Assembly (NCBI RefSeq): GCF_009914755.1
Contig: NC_060941.1
Source: the human T2T-CHM13v2.0 reference genome, Homo sapiens
Reading direction: 5' to 3' (one strand)
DNA: 64,000 nucleotides
The notes beneath the pieces are model-generated. The model was not told the origin of the DNA. It saw nothing but the letters and a program-made list of their open reading frames with translations, and did not search any database. Positions 53,787-64,000 of this stretch are shown piece by piece (positions within the stretch are counted from its first letter, which is position 1; the number at the start of each line of letters is the position of its first letter). The position numbers were made by a program, and so were the translations under genes.

Positions 53787-56382
53787 TTACCTCCGCAGAC
53801 AAGCAATCATCATTTCCTAAACGTGGCAGGATGCAGAGCAGGTAGAGGAGTGCTGAAGAGCTGACAGTGGAGGTGAGAACCATAAACTCACGTCAAGGGC
53901 AGGCAGGGGTCGCCTTGCTGGGCCAGGGACAGCAGAGAGAAATGGAGCTGACGGAGAGGAGGACAGATAAGGAGGGGCAGGAGAGACACCAGAGTCAGAG
54001 AGGAGCGAACGAGAGAAGCTGCAGAGCCCCCAAGGAGCCCGAGAGCGACCTGCTCCTGAAACCCCAGGCTGGTCCCTCCGCATCCCAGCTGGGTGCCGTT
54101 CCTGCATCTGGAGGCCCCTGTGATGAAGGACTGTGTTCGGAGAGTCTAACTCAATCCACCTAAGGCAGCTGGAGTCCATTTCTGCTCCTCGTAAACAACT
54201 CCTAACTAAGACAGGTACGTGGGTCTGTGTGTGTGCGTGGAGAGTCCAAGCACATCACTAAATCCTCACTGCTTAGAACGCCAGAAAAAGAAAAGCAAAA
54301 TCACCTGACGGACGCTCTCAGCCCTTTCAAATCCCTTTCTCACGGATCATTCTTCTGTCTTCCCCACGAGCCCCAGGGCCTGGGGAGGAGACACCTGCTC
54401 CTGCTCCCACGAGGTACGAGGTACGCAGAGGAAGGAGCAAGATGATGCCTTCAGACAAGGGAGCAAATGAGCTTCCCGGACCTCCTGCTTCCTGCAGCCA
54501 GCAGCCCATTTCTTAAGTGGGAGCCTAAGATACACAAACGTTTCACATGTGTGTGGACATGAGAAAAGTCAGTCCACTGCTCCGACCTGTGGGTCCAAGG
54601 AAGGTGGCCGTGAGCAAACTCACAAACTTGCCAAGAAATGCCATTTTGTGAGTTCCCAAAGTAGGGCTCTTCCTCTGGGAAGGTTTTGCAAGCTCACTGT
54701 CTCCAGGGGGGCTGGGGGGCACCCAGTTTTGCTCACTCGCTCTCTCCAGGGGGGCGGCGTGGGGGCCCCGGGAGCTGAGTCAGGAGGGACGAAGGCGGGA
54801 GGTTTCTTCTGCAGACAAGATGAATGGCCACACGTCCCTTAGAGCACACTCCCGAGGTAGAATCACACACATGATATTCAGAAGCAGGCACAGTACATCT
54901 TCCCCAACTTTAGTTTTCAAAGGCAGTTCAATGAGGGGGCTGCCGTTGGCGGACACTCCCCGGCCAGGTGTGTGCTGGTTCCAGATGCCGCCAGTGCCAC
55001 AGAACCAAGACGGGCAGAGGGTGGAGTTTCTGAGGCGGCAACGAGACTTGACCTTCTCCTCCAGGACAGAAACGTCCCAGTGAATCAGACCCGGACGATG
55101 CCACTACTCACTTGCTTAGGAAACTTAAAACTGCTGAGGCCTTCGGAACAGAAACCACACACAAACAGCTTCTCCGTCGGGAGCACAGCTTCCTGGGACA
55201 GGCTGACCGCTTTAAAGAGCATGATAATCCTGTCAACGTTTAGCAGAACCGAACTGCTAAACATCAACACGTTTCAACCTGGTCTCCAGACCACCCAGAG
55301 AAAGGTCTGTGTCCAAAAGCCGGGGGATGCGGTGGGGAGGCCGGGGCCCAGCAAGCCTGAGCTCCGCTTGCCACTTGGCTCCAGCTCCACCCAAAGTTCC
55401 CCGGCTGAAATGAAGACGCCAGGACAAAAGACAGCGCAAGCCTCTGCCTGCTCCCAGGGGCAGCCTTGGGCTGCAGACGGGAGAGAAGATGCTTAGAAGG
55501 CATGAGCGGGGGACGGGAAGCAGAGGGGCTGAGGGGCTACAGAATGAATCTGAGGTCACTGTGTCCGCCGGCCACAAGAAAGGGCAGGTGGAAAGAGCAG
55601 GGTGGCAAAGTCAGCCAGGCTGGGAACATCCCTTCACCTCTTTGAGAAGCTACTTCCGCTGCACACTGGGAGAAACCAGTGCTTGCCTCATAGGCTTGCT
55701 ATGATGAAGCCAGATGTGAAATCCAGATGGCTGCTCCCAGCACCCAGTTTCCAAGCTCAGGCGTCCACATGTATCATTTACAATTTGCGCCCTCCTCACT
55801 CCGATGCTTATTTACTTATTTTGCTTTGAATAGACTCCTTCAAAAAATTATTTTGAAAGGAAACTTTATATTGCTATTGTAAGTGGAGAACCAGCACCAC
55901 TCGCCATAAATAGAGGCTAAGTGTCAAAATGAAAAGAACAAAGAACAAGCCATTATTACAAGTGATCTGTCTCGCGTTGCCTGCGGAAAGCGGAGGTCGG
56001 CTTTCTCTATGGAAGGGAGATTAGCAAGTTTTCCAGTGGTTTAAAGATGGCGCCACAGCGAGACTTTCTCCTGATCTAACCAGAGACTTGAAATGGAGAG
56101 TGGAAAAAGCTGGAAAAAGCACGCTGTAGCTCAATTAGGGGCGCCAGTCTCAGGAACGGCCCTGCCACCCTAATCCCTCAGGTCCTGTGCCAACGGAGGC
56201 AGCAGTGAGAAAAGGGAGCTAGAATCCTGTGGCCCTGGCTTATCCCTGCATGCCGGCCAAGGCCCCGCAGCCTCTAGAAGGCTCTTGGCCAAACAGCAAT
56301 CCCTGCTGGCTTAGTCCCAGCTCTTCTGCCATCCGGGGGCATCCGGATGACACCTCCTCACAAGTCCCATCAGCGAGAACCT

Positions 56383-56426
56383 GCCTCAGCCACAGCCTCA
56401 GCCTCAGCCTCAGCCACAGCCTCAGT
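56383..56426. repeat. (CAGCCT/CAGCCA)n hexamer repeat
   Basis: Read directly. Confidence 0.85.
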
Positions 56427-57081
56427 CGGGGCGTCTCCAGCAGGGAACCTCATTAAGCTCCCCACTGACCAGGACGTGGGCCACAGGATCCCTGGGACCC
56501 CCCGTGCCCACAGCTGGCATCTTGCTCCCCAAACTCAACCCTGTTTTCTCTCTCCTTTCTACCTCCAGAAAAAGTCAGGATGGATTATGTAGACAGACTT
56601 GCCTCTGAATGTCCATACTGACGTCCAGAAAATTTCAGGGGAGGGGAAAAAAGAAAACCCAACACTTCCTTTCCTTTCCAGCTCCCAGAGCTCCGAGTTG
56701 GTGTTGGATTTGGATACGGGGCTCCTGGAAGCGGATATGGAGCAGAAAGTAGGGCTGGGTGGGTGGAGGAGGGAGGCAGGACCCCCGTCTGCTCTCTGAG
56801 TCAGCCCGGGCTATAGAGTGGGGCCAGGTCCCCCTGCACGGTTGGGATTATGCGTATGCCAAGCCTAACCGTCCTGTCCTTACAAAGGAGGCCTGGAGCT
56901 CCCTCCAGCACAAATCGCAAATTGGGAAGAAAGAGCTTGACCAGAAGTGTTTAATGCAGCATTTCCTCAGGACCACTGTTTCCCCAGGATGCCTATTTCC
57001 CCAGGACACCTCAGAGTCCCAGGGACTCATGCAGATTTCCAGGCCCCACCTCTGACCCACTGGATCTGACCCAGGGGATGA

Positions 57082-58138
<1,057 letters not shown>

Positions 58139-58486
58139 AATTTCCATTCTGTAGTTGTGTGACTTGTTGAATCATGTGTGTCCCCCCACTGGACTACAAA
58201 GCTCCACGAGGCCAGGGAGATACTTAGCTCACTCTGCTTCTGGCATCAGGCATGGCACAAAGTAGGCTTGCAGTAAAAATATCTGTGGATTAAACGAATG
58301 AATCTGGAATAGCTGCTTCTAATTCCCGCTTCCCACCGTACTCGCTCTTCTCACTAAGGTTTTCTGGACACCTGAAAGCAGGTACTTCGAAGGAAAGATC
58401 CTGCCGCTAGAATATTTTTCAGTTAGACAGATATAGAACGATCCCACCTGCTCACCTGAGTGGAGATTTAAGAGTTTAAAATTTCA

Positions 58487-59415
<929 letters not shown>

Positions 59416-60031
59416 TCTCATATACTAACAAAGAATAAGAAGAGAGGCAGCCTTTGAATCCCCCGGGTCTGATAGCGCCCAAGGGGCTCCAGGACAGCTT
59501 TGCTCAGGGTTACAAGCAGAGGGAAGTAAATGTTTTCCACCCAATCCAAGATATCTTCTTTGCGGCTAGTAAAAACTTGACTGCTCCCCAGGATCAAAAT
59601 GTGGGTAAAATTTCCCCCAGATTTATCTCTTAAGTTCTATTCACAAACAGGTTTGTTGAAAAGTTTTGTTTGAATTAGCAGAACTCTCTCTCTCTGAAAA
59701 TACACCCCAGAAGGAAGCAGTCCTCCCATTCTCCAGCAAGTACAGGCAAGGTCCCATCTGATCCACCAGTTCTGGCAGCCAGATACCCACAAATGTTTAG
59801 CTCTGCCATGGGATATGTAGAATAAATTAAGTTTAGGGGAAAAAATCATAAAACAAGCCTCTGAGTCTAAAGACTCTGTGTACCTTGGCAGGAGGAATGT
59901 GTGTGTTACAACAAACTCTATCCAGTGTGCCAGGGAACTCAATCAAAACCAGCAGAAAATGATTCCTGTCATGGGACAGGCAACTCCACAGCCGGCCCCT
60001 GGGGGAGATGAAGATAAGAGGGTCCAATCTA

Positions 60032-60902
<871 letters not shown>

Positions 60903-60909
60903 TACTGTT

Positions 60910-62880
<1,971 letters not shown>

Positions 62881-64000
62881 AAAACAGCCCTACGGCTTAC
62901 ACACGAAGGGTCTGAGATGCTGGTTCTCAGGATCAGCTATGACCAGAGGAAACTTGTTAGAACAGATTGGAGTTCCTGCTCTTCCCTCACTCTGTTAATT
63001 TGCTCGATTGCCCTCAGGCTTCTCTTTCTATCCCATAGCCAGCCAAGAGCAGGCAGGGGCCAATTTTCTGGGTTTCTTGACCCTACTTTGAAGGCTCTCT
63101 GGCATGATACAAATGGATCCCATCCACCAAGGAGGAACTGACAACATGATTTACTATTGGAAGGATCTGGTTCGAAGGCCATGGCACCTCCACTGTCTGG
63201 GAGAGTATCTTTACCAAAAAAACTTGCCACTCAAGAAACGGAGCAAGCTATTCCAGGAAATACTTTCAGATGCAGTTTCCCGTCCAGCTCTAGTTTGAAA
63301 ATGAGGCCTTCTCAGTCTGAGCCCACAACCATATTTCATGGGCCCCCTCCCTGAGATGTGTTTATCCACGCTGACCGATAGTTCAAAGCGGTCGTTTGGA
63401 AGTGGAATAAAGAGTCGCTCTCTAAATTCACCAAAGGAGTTAAGACCAGGAATACTGGAGCGATTCCGACTGAGGTCACGGGGAGTTTAGGGGAAATTTT
63501 TGGTTTGGGTTTTCTCCTAGTTTTAATTGCTTATAAAAGCTCCTTAATGTCAAGTAAAGAACAACAACAAATGTGAAAAGTTGACTTCCCCAAGACGTTT
63601 ATTCAAAAGAAAAAAAAATGGTTCCCAGCAACCCTTATGCAGGAGGGAGGGGATTAGGACCAGATAATCTTGTATGAAAAGGAAAGGGAAACGCAAACTA
63701 CTCAAATACAAAACAACAGCTGCACGGACGGGCCTGCCAGAGAAACAACTGATCTGCTCTGTCACGACCTGTTTCACGGATCCCAGATCTGCTCTGGGGA
63801 CACCACAGTCAGCTCCACTCCCATCAAACGCGATTCAATGGACCATCCAAACCAAACTCAGGCTGCTTCCTTCTCTCTGAAAGGCCTGGCCCTCAGGCCG
63901 TTCCAGACACCCCTTCCCTGTCCTCCACGGGGTACTCTGACTTTTCATAGGTGACTAAACAACAGGCAAAACCGAGCAAATTAACAGAGGGAAGAGCAGG

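Overview
Primate, almost certainly human, genomic DNA containing the 3' part of NXN (nucleoredoxin; from recall at 17p13.3) on the minus strand. Seven coding exons (exons 2-8; 118, 134, 101, 107, 180, 125 and 183 coding nt) have canonical GT-AG junctions. They splice into an uninterrupted 315-aa frame running LKLWNKY...SAHW|CPPC...KLKPEPI*. A ~1.6 kb Alu-containing 3' UTR and an AATAAA follow. Exon 1 is outside the window, so 30340-64000 is intron 1; 1-~3600 is downstream flank. The non-coding DNA is very Alu-rich (over 50 copies, several nested or multimeric). It also holds an L1PA 3' fragment, an ERV1-type solo LTR, MaLR, L2, MIR and MER relics, and about ten GC/CpG-rich minisatellites. Nearly all ORFs in the supplied track are Alu-, repeat- or chance-derived. 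I found no previously undescribed gene system. The best leads are: (1) the exon 6 donor also looks like a complete 3' splice site; (2) a sense-oriented solo LTR in intron 1; (3) a 90-bp VNTR built from a duplicated L2 fragment; (4) a CpG-dense VNTR of palindromic RCGTG motifs; (5) signs of local Alu gene conversion and rearrangement. Repeat family names are from recall, and repeat boundaries are approximate.
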